Below, in pieces: positions 37,300 through 49,290 of a DNA stretch of 64,000 nt (positions within the stretch are counted from its first letter, which is position 1; each line of letters starts with the position of its first letter). The stretch is taken from contig MEDY01000029.1 in the NCBI GenBank assembly GCA_001724265.1, positions 1 to 64,000 of the forward strand, given 5' to 3'. The notes beneath the pieces were generated by a model. It had not been told where the DNA came from and did no database searches. It saw only the letters and a list, made by a program, of their open reading frames with translations. The translations under genes and the position numbers were made by a program. Source of the DNA: Rhizaria sp. SCN 62-66 (Eukaryota).

Positions 37300-40200
37300 A
37301 TGGATTCCGTCGCGGAAGTCGCAGGTCCTCAACCGGACGTTGATCCACCCCAAAATCAAGATCCGACAGACTCCTCATCGTCCTCGAGTGTTCAGCCTAT
37401 CTCTATGGTACGTATACACGATGGTTACGTCTACACGCGCGTATCCTAATGCGCCTATCGCTGCCGCGCTCAACCCTCCTTCGTTCTAACTTCTACTCCC
37501 ACTCACCTTGCTCATCTGTTGCTATCGTCGATCATGTTCCTCTATATTGAATAACCATGTGTAGCTTGACGACGAGGCTTTGCTTAACAAGTACGCCCCC
37601 ATGATCGAGGACTCTGACGATGAGCTCGGTCTCAGTCGCCTGGCTTCCTCCTCATCAAGCTCCTCCGCATCTGCCTCTGCATCTGCCTCGGCGTCAGTTC
37701 GCTTTAACGACGACGATGGTGGCGATGATTACAGCAGCGAGCGCAAGTCTGCTGCCCGCTCTATGCGCGACCACGACGATGGCTACGACAGCAACACAAA
37801 GAGTAAGAGCGACAAGAAGGACAAGAAAGACAAAAAGGACAAAAAGGATAAGAAGGACAAGAAGAACAAGAAGGACGCCGTCGGCCCCGCCGCCGCTGCC
37901 GCCCCAAAGCCGCGCACCGTCAAGACCTTCAGCGGCCGCTCTCGCACCGAGCTCGCCGCGCTCCACAAGCCGCCCGCCGCAGACGGCTCTGCAAGCTCCA
38001 CCACGACCACGTCCACTAGCACTGCCGGTACAACCAGCAAGAGCACAGCGGCGCCGCCCAAGGCCCCGCGCCGTGCGACCTCGCTCGTCAGCAAAGAGGA
38101 CGATGATGACGATGCTGGCCTGAGCACGCGGGACCTCATCCGCGACACCAAGCTCACGGTCCTCACAACCGCGGCCGCGCCCGCCAAGCCGCTCGTGGGT
38201 TCTTTTTTTGCGAGTCTCCGCGCGCAGACGACTAACCTCGCGGTCAAGACGCGCTCCGTGGTGGACGAAGAGCTGTTCCCCGAGCTCAAGGCCAAGCGGC
38301 TGCGCGACGAGAAGCGTCAGAAGCGCGCCGCCGTCTATGAGCGCCGCAAGGCGCGGCTGGAGCGGCAGCGGCGGCGCGCGATGGCCAAGGTCGTGTCAGA
38401 GGCCAGGATGGCGCGCGCGCTCGCGGTCGCCGTGGCCAAGGCGAGCTCCGCTGCCGACGGTAGCGGCGGCGAGGGCGTGAATGTGGCGGCGACGGCGGCG
38501 GCGGCGATGGCCAGTGTGGCGCTGGGCAGCAGCTCTAGCGGCAACGGCGGCGGCGGTATGATTGCGCTTGACATGACCGACAGCGACGACGACGACGACG
38601 GCGACGACAGCGATGACGATGACGATGTTGTTCTTGCCATTGACCACTCTGCTCCGAGCAAGGCTACTAAGGATGACGTCAACACAACTTCTACAGACTC
38701 TGCGAGCGCGAGCGACAACCCGCTGACTGAGACTGACTCCAGTGGCTTTAGCTCTAGCTCTAGTGCCAGCGCCAGTGCCAGTGCCAGCGCCAGCGCCAGT
38801 GCAAGTGCAAGTGCCAGTGCTGACGTCGTTGACCTAACGGACTCAGCCAAGGCTAAGGGCGACGACGGTGGCGACTTCTCTGTCTCTCGCTCGAGCGTCT
38901 TCGCTCGTGGTGGGTTCGACTCTATTATGGGCATTAGTACTGACTCATCGAAGCCCTCTACAGCGAAATCTAACTCTAACGTCAACAACGATAGTGTTAG
39001 CTCCAGTGCCAGCGTCAGTGCGACGGACGCTGCGAGTGCTGACTCGGCCGCTGCATCTGCCTCTGCAAAGCGCGACAGTATGATGTACAAGACCCGTAAC
39101 CCGTGGGAGCAGCGCACGGTGAAGCAGGCGGACACGGAGGACGAATGGAGCGACACGTCGGACGCCTTTTCCGGTCTGTCGGACAGCGACGGCGAGTACG
39201 ACGAGTCTCGCTATGACGAGGGCGACGGCGACGATGACGAAGATGAGAGTTAGTACGACGAGGACGAGGTCGGAGCGCACCGGTGGGCATCTGACTCGGG
39301 CTCCGACGAAGACGACGACGACGAGGACAACGAAGGCGACGATGAGGACGCTGAGGAAGAGGCCGTGATCGTCGACGCCGACGGCATCGCTATCCCGCGC
39401 GACAACGTCAACAGTAGCAAGAGCGACGGCATGGACGAGGAGCAAAAGGCCGCTAAGGCACGCTTCATGGACCTCGCAGCCGTCGAGTCGGGCTCTGACG
39501 CGGAGGCTGGCGAGGACTCGGACTCCAACCTCATCTCTGACGCAGAGACCAACGCTGCGAAGTCGAAGTCGACCAAGAAGATTTCGAACGCGGACTCCAG
39601 CTCCAGCTCGGCCTCTGCTGCTGCTGGCTCTGGTGCTGAGTTGACTGCCTCTGTCTCTGCGTCTCAGTCCGAGTCCAAGGATGCTGATGACACCGAGAAC
39701 AAGTCAGTCTCTGATGTCAACGCTAGCGCGAGCAGTAACAGTGAGTTCTTGTCTCCCTTCGCCCCTGTCACTGGCTCTGACGCGCTCCCAGACAAGAAGA
39801 AGGCGTCGATTCTCGAGACTGTGCGTTCCATGCCCACAGTCACTGGTGGCTTCACTTCCGACGACCTCGATCGCGAGCAGGCCGAGCAGGCCAAGAAGGC
39901 CAAGAAGGCCGCTAAGCTTGCCCGCCGCCGCCGCGCCAAGGGCAACATCGATGGCCTGATCGCTGAGGAGGACGACGACGAGGCTGGCGAGGAAGGCTCT
40001 GGCAGTAACGGCGACGACGACGCTGACGACGATGACGAGGTTGACAGCGAGGCTGATGCCGAAAACGATGGTGACGACGATGCTAAGAACACCAAGCCCG
40101 TCAAGCCGTACTCGAAGAACGAGGCGTACAACGCCGCGATGGCCGAGTTCTCCGCCGCGGGCGCCGCCAAGCTGCCGATGCGCCGTGAGGCCGAGAGCAG

Positions 40201-42984
40201 CAACAGCAGCAGCAGCAGCGGCGAGAGCGAGACGGACGACGACAGCGCCGAGGCGCGCGCGCACCGGATGTACCTGGCTTCGCTGCACGGACTGGACAAG
40301 GCAGCCGCGGGCGCCAGTGACCGCGCGCGCAGCCGGCTCGTAGACGACGCGGCTGACCTCTCCGACGGCGACGGTGGCGTCGACGGCGCGGGCGCGGCAG
40401 GCGACGACAGTGACGCTGCCGAAGAGGAGATCGACGAGCAGGAGCGCGCCGCGATGGAGCAGTTCCTCACGGTCAAGACGGACGGCACGCGCGAGGGCGA
40501 CGAGCGCGGCCGGCGCGTGGTGCAGGCGCACGACATCCTCGACGAGGAGGAGGAGGTCGACGCAATGATGCAGCACATCAACAGCCGGCGCCGGCAGAAC
40601 GACGGCAGCGCCGACGACGGGCGTGAGGGCCAGACGCGCGCCGAGGAGCTGATGCGCAAGTACGGTGTGTCGTGGCGCGACTACGAGTACGATGAGAACG
40701 ACGACGAGGCCGCAGGCATCAAGGGCAACAAGGCGGCGGAGCGGGCGGTGCGCGCGACCGAACACATGCTCGGGGAGGGCCACAAGCTGCTGTCCTGGCA
40801 AAAGCGGCTTATCGCCGCCGGTGAAGACGTCAAGAACGAGACGCGCAAAAACCACGGCCACGACTTAGAGCTCTTCTTTGACGACGACGAGGACACTGCA
40901 GCGAATGGAACGGGCGCGGGCGCAAGCATCCCGAACACGGCGAGTGTCGACGCCGTCAGCAGTGGCGGCGCTGAGATGGGTGACGATGACGATGTCGTCG
41001 TGATCGACAGCGACGACAACAATACCGGTGCGGATGCTACCGGTGCTGCTGGTAAAAGCTCTGGCAAGAAGATCAGTCGGCGCAAGGCTGCCCGCCGGCA
41101 GATGCGCAAGCTGCGCCGGCGCAAGCAGAAGCGCGTCGTCGACGAAGACGGCAACATCGTTGACGGGTCCAACTCCGAAGACAACGACATCAGCGGCGAC
41201 GACGATGATGAGGACAACGGTAACAGCGACGACGATGACGACACCGACGTCGAGGCGGAGACCGCCGGCAGCGCGCGGAAGACCCGGGCTGAGGCCCGCG
41301 AGGACGCGCTCTTCAGCGGCGAGATCCCCCTCGTCGACCTGCTTCCGCTGGCGCCGAGCGCAGTCACGGATCCCGACGGACACGCGCGGTTCATGGCTCG
41401 ATACCGCGCCAAGGAGCGCGAGCTGAAGGAGCGGGAGGCGCATATGCACCTCTCGCTCGGCCTCATGAGCGACGAGATGGCCTATGGCGGCGCGGCGGGG
41501 GCGACGCTGCTTGACGTGCTTTCGCCGTTGGCTGCACTTGAAGACAGGACAGGTACGAGCGAAAAACAGAGTCAACAAACGAAACTTAAAGGGCCTTCTC
41601 ATGCTTGTGATATTTGTTATTTCTTCGCAATATTCATTGTACTCACTCACTTGTTTCCCTCCCTTTTTTTGCCTCTTGCTCGCTCTCAGGCGTCTCCCGG
41701 TCGCTCTCAATGACCGCACTCGCCCGTTCCCGGTCTTTCGTCACCTCTAACGCCAGCAACAACAACGCTGCCGACAGTGCAAGTGCAAATAGCACCCCGG
41801 TCTCGCCTCCCAACAGCGTCACGAGCCCGACGGACGCCTCGACCGCCGCCGCCCCTCTGAACGGTGGCAATGTGAGCGCCGCCTCAAGCTTCAATAGTTT
41901 CGGCGGCGCCACTGCAGTCGGTCTCACCCGTGTCGCGTCGTCGCTGCTGCCGCGCAACGCAAGCTCGCTTTCCGCGCTGCCCGCCTCGGCCGCCGCGGGC
42001 GCGGGCGCGTCCGTCATGTCCCCCACAAGCACTCTCCCCGGCGCCGGCGGCAGCAGCAACGGCAGCGGTAACGCGGCAGGCGTGGCCGGCGGCGGCGTGG
42101 CCCGGAGCAAGAGGGCGGTCATTCTCGCGCGCGACTTCTCTGTTGCGCCCGTGAATGACTCCCTGTCGTCGCATGGCGCCTCTGGGGACGGCTTCGCTGT
42201 GCCCCGTGGCCGCGGAGGCAACGCCAACGCTACTAACAACGCTAGTGCGAATAGCACTGGCAGTGCTGCCGCGAGCTTTGACGACTTTGACAGCTTCGGG
42301 GCCAACATCCGCGGTGCTGCAACGCACAACAACAGCGGCAGCAATGCGGCTAGCGCGACTGCGACCGCGAAGAACCAGAGCAACAATGCTGGCGGTCAAA
42401 TGAAGCGCCCCGCTGCCGTCGCCGCTGGCAGCAACAACAGCAACAACAACACCAACACCACCGCGAACAACGCGGCTGCCAACGCTGCCCAAGGTGACGC
42501 CAAGCGTGCCCGCAAGGCCGCCCCCGCCGCCACCGCGGCCACTGCGGCCCGCGTGCGCGCCAACAACGCCCTCGGCGCAAGCATGGCTCCACCCAGCGCC
42601 GTCCCGAGCTCCAACTCCGCCAACAGCAGCTTCGGCGGCCTGACGCGGTCCCACAGCGTGCTGGGGTCTTTTAAGGAGACCTTCAACTCGGGCGCGGGTC
42701 GGTCCTTTGGCGCGTTCACGGCGATTGACAGTCTGGAGGCCAGTCTGACCGTCTCGCGGGCAGCCACCAGCCTCAGTGCAATGATGCAGCCGGGACAAAA
42801 CGCACATAACTCCCAAAAGACAGCTGGAAATGCGTCCGTCGGCGTGACTGTGGGCGCGGAACGGCCGGCGATGGCGGGAGTGGCTGCGGCCGGGGCTGGG
42901 GCGGTGATGGGCCGGCCTGCCCTCACGGCTACGAAGAGTATGTCGCTTAAGTCGGTGCTTAAGGGCACCGCGCAGCCCAAGTAA
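37300..42984 (+). CDS. Large acidic, disordered protein (~1800 aa), possibly Mrc1/Claspin-like (one in-frame TAG)
   Basis: Exons 37300-37407, 37565-41552 (TAG at 39251-39253) and 41690-42984, phase-consistent. D/E tracts and basic NLS-like runs. LVDDAADLSDGDGG..EQFL..DEEEEVDAMMQHINSRRR loosely resembles the MRC1-like domain. Ends in TAA. The gene is solid; the function is tentative. Confidence 0.65.
37811..37876 (+). repeat. Coding 9-bp tandem repeat (DKK)n
   Basis: GACAAGAAG-type units encode DKKDKKDKKDKKDKKDKKNKKD. Confidence 0.85.
38751..38821 (+). repeat. Coding 6-bp tandem repeat (SA)n
   Basis: AGTGCC/AGCGCC units encode SASASASA. Confidence 0.85.
39251..39253 (+). other. In-frame TAG (putative sense codon) #4
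   Basis: DGDDDEDES*YDEDEVGAHRWASDSGSDEDDDDED. The acidic GAC/GAG codon pattern continues straight across the TAG. Confidence 0.85.
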
Positions 42985-43793
42985 GCGTCTGAAAAGCGTT
43001 TGTGGTGGAACGATTATCTAGTATAAAACAAGCAATACAGCTTAATTCACTATTATTTTATCAAATCCTATGTTGAATACGTTTATTATTTATCACATTA
43101 TGTTTTCAGCACATCCATGCATCGCTACTGCGAGGTATCTCGGGAAATGCTTTGCAACAGCTGAAATCTGTTATCTCGGCGCTCAGGCGCGTGTCTTTTG
43201 GCAGTCCGCTCGCGTGCCTTTTGGTTCGTGTGAATCGTCTTGCACCTCACGTCATGCTGATGAAGCCGGATATGATATCTGTGTTTAGGGACTGCGTAGA
43301 GTGAAGATTCAGTTTTAATTTGCTTTATGCCACTTCACGAAGTTTGGAAGGCGTCACAGACGTTCTCCGCTGGGCCAGCTCGTCTAACCTCCGACTGTGC
43401 CATCCAAACGAGGATAGGTCTCATGCGACTGACCAAGACGTCAGAAGCGTCTTCCCATAGTATACTTAGGATGTATTATAGGCGTTGTTTGTGCAGCGGA
43501 CGTTCAACTCATCTTAAACTGTGCCTGACCATCCACACGAGAGCACGTGCTGAGCCGACACTCCCGAGGGTGTGGTCGTCTCTAGCCTGCCCGCGCTATC
43601 GTGCCCCAAAGTTCCGTCATATGAACGCTTCTCGCAGCGAACTCACGTCAAACCCACATATCTCACCAATTTCACTTGAATCTGCGACTTGGATTTTGTA
43701 GACCCCCCTTTCGTTCTCTCCCCCCGTCAACTCGTGCGAGTACCGACGAGGCCTCTGCTGTTGTTGCTGCCGCCAGCCCACTCGAGCTAAGCC

Positions 43794-46700
43794 ATGCAAC
43801 ACCAGAGTCCCTACGCGACCCGTGACCAGTCGTCGGACAGCGACGATTCCGACGACGGCGCGCGCCCCCAGGGCCGCGGGTACGTTCCACCCCCACACAC
43901 TCGCCATGTCAATCAATATATCTCCCTTCTTATCTTGTGGTCTGCCAAAAACTCACGCTCTTTCATTGCATACCATTGTTTTGTCTCACAGCCGTGGCCG
44001 CGCGGCCGCCGGCGCCGGCGCCGCAGTCCCCCCTGGCGGCGCTGACGTACGCAAGCAGCGCAAGAACTCCCGCGAGCGCGCGCGCCGCCACGACCTCAAG
44101 TACCTCTTCGACATCCTCGGCACCCTGCTGGGACTCAACTCCAAGGGCAAGCCGGAAAAGTACACGGTGCTGAACGAGGCAATCATGACCATCACGACGC
44201 TGCGCAAGCAGGTTGACGAGCTTAAGGCCGAGAAGGCCGAGGCGCGGATGGACCTCTCGCGCCTCACCACCCTGCTGTCGGCGGCGCAGAACCAGCAGCA
44301 GACGCCCGGCGGCGGCATGGTGTCGGCCACGCACGCCGCCTCCGTCGCTGCCGCGGCCGGCGCCGCCGGCAGTAATGTCTCCGGCGCCGCCGCTGCTGCC
44401 GCCGCAGCAGCCGCCGCGGGCGCCAGCCATCACCACCACCACGGGGCGCACGGCCACAGCCACGGTCACGGCCAATCGGCCTCCGCCGCCGCAGGGCTGT
44501 CGGTGACATCCGCGACCGGCGCACCAGTGGCTGTCCCGCTCAGTTCCACCGCGGCCGCGGGCGGCGTCTACGGAAATGGCCTTGACATGGGCGTCGGTGT
44601 CGGTGTGGGCTCTGCGCCGCACTCGGCTGCCATGCCTACGGGGCTGCCGCTGGGGCCGCAGCTGCACAGCACCACGGCCACGGCCGCCGCGCCCGCATCC
44701 ATGTCCGCGGCCACGGCCGGCGGCGGCAACATGCTCAGCAGCCTTGCCGCCGCCGCCGCCGCCGCGGGCTCCGGCGTGGGACCGAGCAGCAGCACCGCGT
44801 TCGGCAACGTCAGCAGCGGCATGGGCACGGGCATGGTCAACACCACGGGGATCCGCTTCGGCATGCCTGGGGCCGGCGCCGCCACTGCGACTGGCGCCGC
44901 TCTGGGCGCCGGCGGTGCGCACGGTCCTCATCTGCAGCACGCCGGCGCCCACGGTCACTCGGCCGCCCACGGTCACCTCGCTCACGGTCACTCGGCCCAC
45001 GGCCACGGCCACGGCCACCACGCCGGCGTGCACGGCCACTCGGTGGCGGGCCACCACAATCACCACGGCCACCACGGTGCGGCCGGCTCGGTCATGTCCG
45101 AGACCTCGCCCGCGGGCGTCGCGGGCGCCCTCCCGGCCACCACGCCAGGTACGATCACAACTTTGAACACTGATATATCTGGATATCATATGCATACTAA
45201 AACTAGTGTATTAAATTCTCGTATAGTTTGCTAGTATCTCGTTTTGTCTTCTTTCTTTCTAAAATACTCACATATACCTTTCAAATTTTCTCTTTTATCC
45301 ATAATGTAGGCGGTTTGCTCTCTAACCTTGCGGCCATGCCCGGCTCCTCCCTCTCGCTAGGTCCCGGCTCACTCGCCGGCGCGGGCGGCCTCAACAGCGC
45401 CACCAACGCGGGCGCCACGCCCCAGGGCTTTGGCTCCAGCGCCTACAACGCCTTCTCCGTTGGCAACGTCAACATCAACAGCAACAGCGGCAGTGGCAGC
45501 GGCGGCGGTGGCGTCGCGCCCCCCATCTCGCCTACCAACGGCTCCGCGCTGGGTGGCCTGACGCTGGGCGTCGGCCAGATGTCGCTCGCGCACTCCCAGG
45601 GCGCCGCGGGCTCCGTCGCCGCCGCCGCCGGTGGCATGGGTGCCATGGGCGTCGCGCGCGGCGCAGGCGGCTACTCTGGGCTCGGCCTCGTCGGGTCCGG
45701 CTCCGGCAGCAACCTCCGCGGCTCCCCTGGCGCGACCTCGAGTCTCGGGGTCGGCGTCGGCGGGCTCGGCGCTGGGCTGGGCGCCGGTCTCGGAACCGGG
45801 CTCAGCGCCGGCAGCGCGCTCGGCTACGGCGGCAGCGGGAACCTACAGCTCAAGCTCGGCCAGTCCACCAGCGTCGGCGCGCTCGGCGGCGGCGGCGCGG
45901 CCATGGGCAGCACCAACAGTCTTGGCATCGGGCTCAGCAGCGGCAACATCGGTGCCGGCGCTGGCCTTGGCGGCGGCGGTGGAGGCGGAGGCGGTGGAGG
46001 AGGAGGCGGAGGCAGCGGCGGCTTTGGCGCGTACTCGCTAGTTGGCGGCTACGGCGGCGCGCACGGCAGCACGGGCGCGCTGGCCGCGGGCGGGCTGAGC
46101 GTGAACCCCAGCGCCAACACCGGTATCAGCACCGGCGCGGGCGCGGGTGTCGCTGGCGCCGGCGGCAACATGTTTATGTCTGCTTCGACGCCGCACCACC
46201 ACACGCACTCGCTGGCGCAGGGCAACGCGGCGACCGGCAACTCGGCCGGGGTGAATGTGAACAACAACTCTGCTGCAGCGGTGAGTTTAAACGGGGCGAG
46301 CGGTGAGGTCAGCAAGGGGGACTTCATCGCTGTGACAGACAGCGCTCGCACTGCCAACACCGGCAGTGACAACACGGGTGCAACTCTTAACAACAACATC
46401 AACTACAACTACAACAACAACAACAATGCCAATTGCAACAGCAATAGCAACAAAGGTGCGGCGAATGGCACGATGTGTGACGAGGCCAAGTCAGCGTATG
46501 ACGACGCCGCCATGCGTAACGACAACCACACGTAGCAATATGACGATAGCGCAACGACGACGACGTACACGACGGCTATGACGTCATCAAACACGCCCGC
46601 GAACGCTCATCACACCCAACAGCAGCCGCAACAGCAGCAGTACGACGTGAGCGGCCGCGCCGCGTACGAAGCGCACATCGCCGCGCTGGAGCAGCGCCTG

Positions 46701-48284
46701 AACGCGCAGACGCAGCAAATTGCGCATTTGGCCGCGCAGCAGCAGCAATGGGCCGCGCAGGTCTCGGCGCAGCACCAGTCGCAGCTTCAGCAAACGCAGG
46801 CGCAGGCGCAGCAGCTGATCCTGCAGCAGCAGGCGTACTACGCGCAGCAGCAGCAGCAGCACCAGGCCCAGCTCGCGATGGCGCAGGCGCAGGCGGCCGC
46901 GCAGGCCCAGGCGCAGGCGCAGGCCCTGGCACAAGCGCAGGCGCAAGCGCAGGCGTTGGCTCAGGTCAACGCTGCGCAACTGCAGCAACAGCAACAGCAT
47001 CAGTCTGGCGGCAGCGGCAGTGGCAGCGGCAGTAGCCGTGTGATTGGGCTGACTGCGGCGACGATGATGACGTCAACGCCGACCCAGTCTACCGCCCAGC
47101 TTCTCAGCGCTGGCCGCCAGCTGACCGCAGGCTCGATCGCCACCGGCGTCGGCCTGCCCGACCCCGTGGCCGACGACGTCATCACGCTGCTCACGGCCTC
47201 GACCTCGTCGCTCTCGCTCCGCGGCGCCGGCGTCTCCACCGCTGCCATCACCGGCGCCGGCGCCGGCGGAAGCGGCACGGCAAGCGGCAGCTCGGCGGCG
47301 GCGGCGCACCTGCAGCAGCAGCAGAGCCAGCTGCAGCGCATGGCGGCGCTGCGGCGCGAAGGTCTGGCGCCCACCATCACGGCCAGCGCCAGTACCAGCA
47401 ACGCGCACATCACCGCCGGAGCCGGGGGCGGGGGCGGCGCGGGCGGGCTGCCGATGACAGCCTCGGTCGCCTCGCTGTCCGGTGCAGCAATGACGGTACC
47501 GCTGGCGCCCATCGGCCGCCTCACGACGTCCAGCGTCACCAGCGGCGACCCCAGCAACAACAGCAACACCAGCAGCAGCAACGGCCACTCCGCGCTGTTG
47601 GCCGCCGTGCTCACCCCGGTCGGCGCGGCGCTCCACAGCGGGTCGGCGGCTCGGGCTGCGAGCGGCCTCCCTGTCAGCGCCAGTGTCAGCGGCCGCGGCA
47701 GCGGCAGCGGCAGCGGCCTGCAGTCAGCGGCGACCGTGGCTACGAGCGCGAGCTCCACCTCTAACCTCAACATGAGCAACATGAGCGGCGCGAGCGGGGG
47801 CGCTAGATCCAGCGCTATCATCGTCAGCAGCAGCAGCATGCTGATGGGGGGGCTGGGCGGCAGTGGGCCCAGCAGCGACGTGCTGGCGGCGTCGACCTCG
47901 GCGCTGCTGCCGGGACTGCCGGGCGCGCACGCCCACGGTCACTCGGCCGCTGGTCATGGTCACTCTGCTGCTCACGGTCACATGCCGAGTCATGGACGTG
48001 GTGGGAGTACCAGTCCCGCTCTTGTGAGCGCGACTAACCCCAAGAACGGCAGCGACGGTGGCAGTGCCGGCGCGAGTACTGGTGGCGGCTTAACGATGGG
48101 CTCGGCAGCGAAACTTGGCTCTGATCCCGCTCTCGTCACAGTCACCGGCATTAACACTGCTCAAGCGAACCGGTCTGCGTCGGCTACGGCCGCAGTGACC
48201 GCTGCAGCCGCCGCTGCGGCGCTGTCCGCTGGAGTTACGGTCGATCAATGGCTCTCTGCGACTACAAAGCCACAGCAATGTTAA
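43794..48284 (+). CDS. bHLH-leucine-zipper transcription factor with His/Gly/Gln-rich tail (~1405 aa, one in-frame TAG)
   Basis: Exons 43794-43879, 43992-45148 and 45310-48284 (TAG at 46533-46535). bHLH RKQRKNSRERARRHDLKYLFDILGTLL..KPEKYTVLNEAIMTITTLRKQVDELKAEK, followed by a polyQ/QA tract. Ends in TAA. Confidence 0.8.
46533..46535 (+). other. In-frame TAG (putative sense codon) #5
   Basis: MRNDNHT*QYDDSATTTTYTTAMTSS. ORFs 45228-46535 and 46578-48284 are in the same frame. Confidence 0.7.
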
Positions 48285-49290
48285 GCCAATTAGTGTCGCT
48301 GTTCTTGAATCAACTTAAGCCGTAATGTACACGTACTTCCATCGAGTGCACTCTTTTTGCATCTCGTTCTCTCGTTGTTCTTTTTGCTTCTCACAACTTT
48401 TGTTCTGTTTCTGATTCTATATGTGTGTCATTGGGCGCACACTTCCTATTTGATCTCGGTGCATATTTGTCTGTGTCTTGGTTTTGTTCAAAACAAAGCA
48501 AATTTTTTGCTGCCTTTGTTGCTGTGTATGTGCTGTGCTGGCTCGGTACGTGTACATATTGTATTCTACTCTCTTGGGCGGTATCCTGTTCTCTGTTTGT
48601 GTCTTTTTTCTATCGTGTGTAAGTAACACTTCATTTTCCGCCTTGTGAACAGCTAAATTGTGGTCACAAGTGTACATTTTAGACATATACCGGAACATGG
48701 CATACACATCATCTCATTTGTAACGAACAGCGCAAGTCAAATTGGCCTACGTTCATGGAATCTCACCTGCATGCTTTAACGAGTGGTGAGTTTCATTTGA
48801 TTTAATGAATGTAGCGCAATTTCTACCCTGCCAATCATAATACTAGTGTCAGATATGCATCAGAATGTCGTTCTTAGATATGATATCATGCTCATAATAC
48901 GACGTGGCAAACATGCACATCAGGCTTTCGCGACAATATTTTAGAGATGCAATATGGAAACGGTTCAATATCCGGGGAAAATCAATATATTTTTCATTTA
49001 ACGCTGTCATGTCACATGTCAAGTGGGTTTTTATGAAAAATGTGTCAAAAGTCCAGAGTGACCGAGCAACACACCAGTCTGTTTCTGACTCGACGTCGCG
49101 AAACCGTATTTTCTGTTTACCTTATGTGCTCATTAATGATCCGTCAAACGCGCTGCATATGAAAGTTCTAAAACGAAACACTGCTTCAATTTACTTTTTC
49201 TGTTTTAGCATTACGTTAATACTCATTCAGGCTTTCTGAACGTCTCTTCTCCAACACCTCGACTTGCACAGAGCATCGTCCCCACAGACA

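Noticed and set aside
43327-43701. 124-aa ORF upstream of the bHLH gene
   Set aside because: It lacks the codon bias of real exons and shows no motif; it is probably promoter or 5' UTR sequence.
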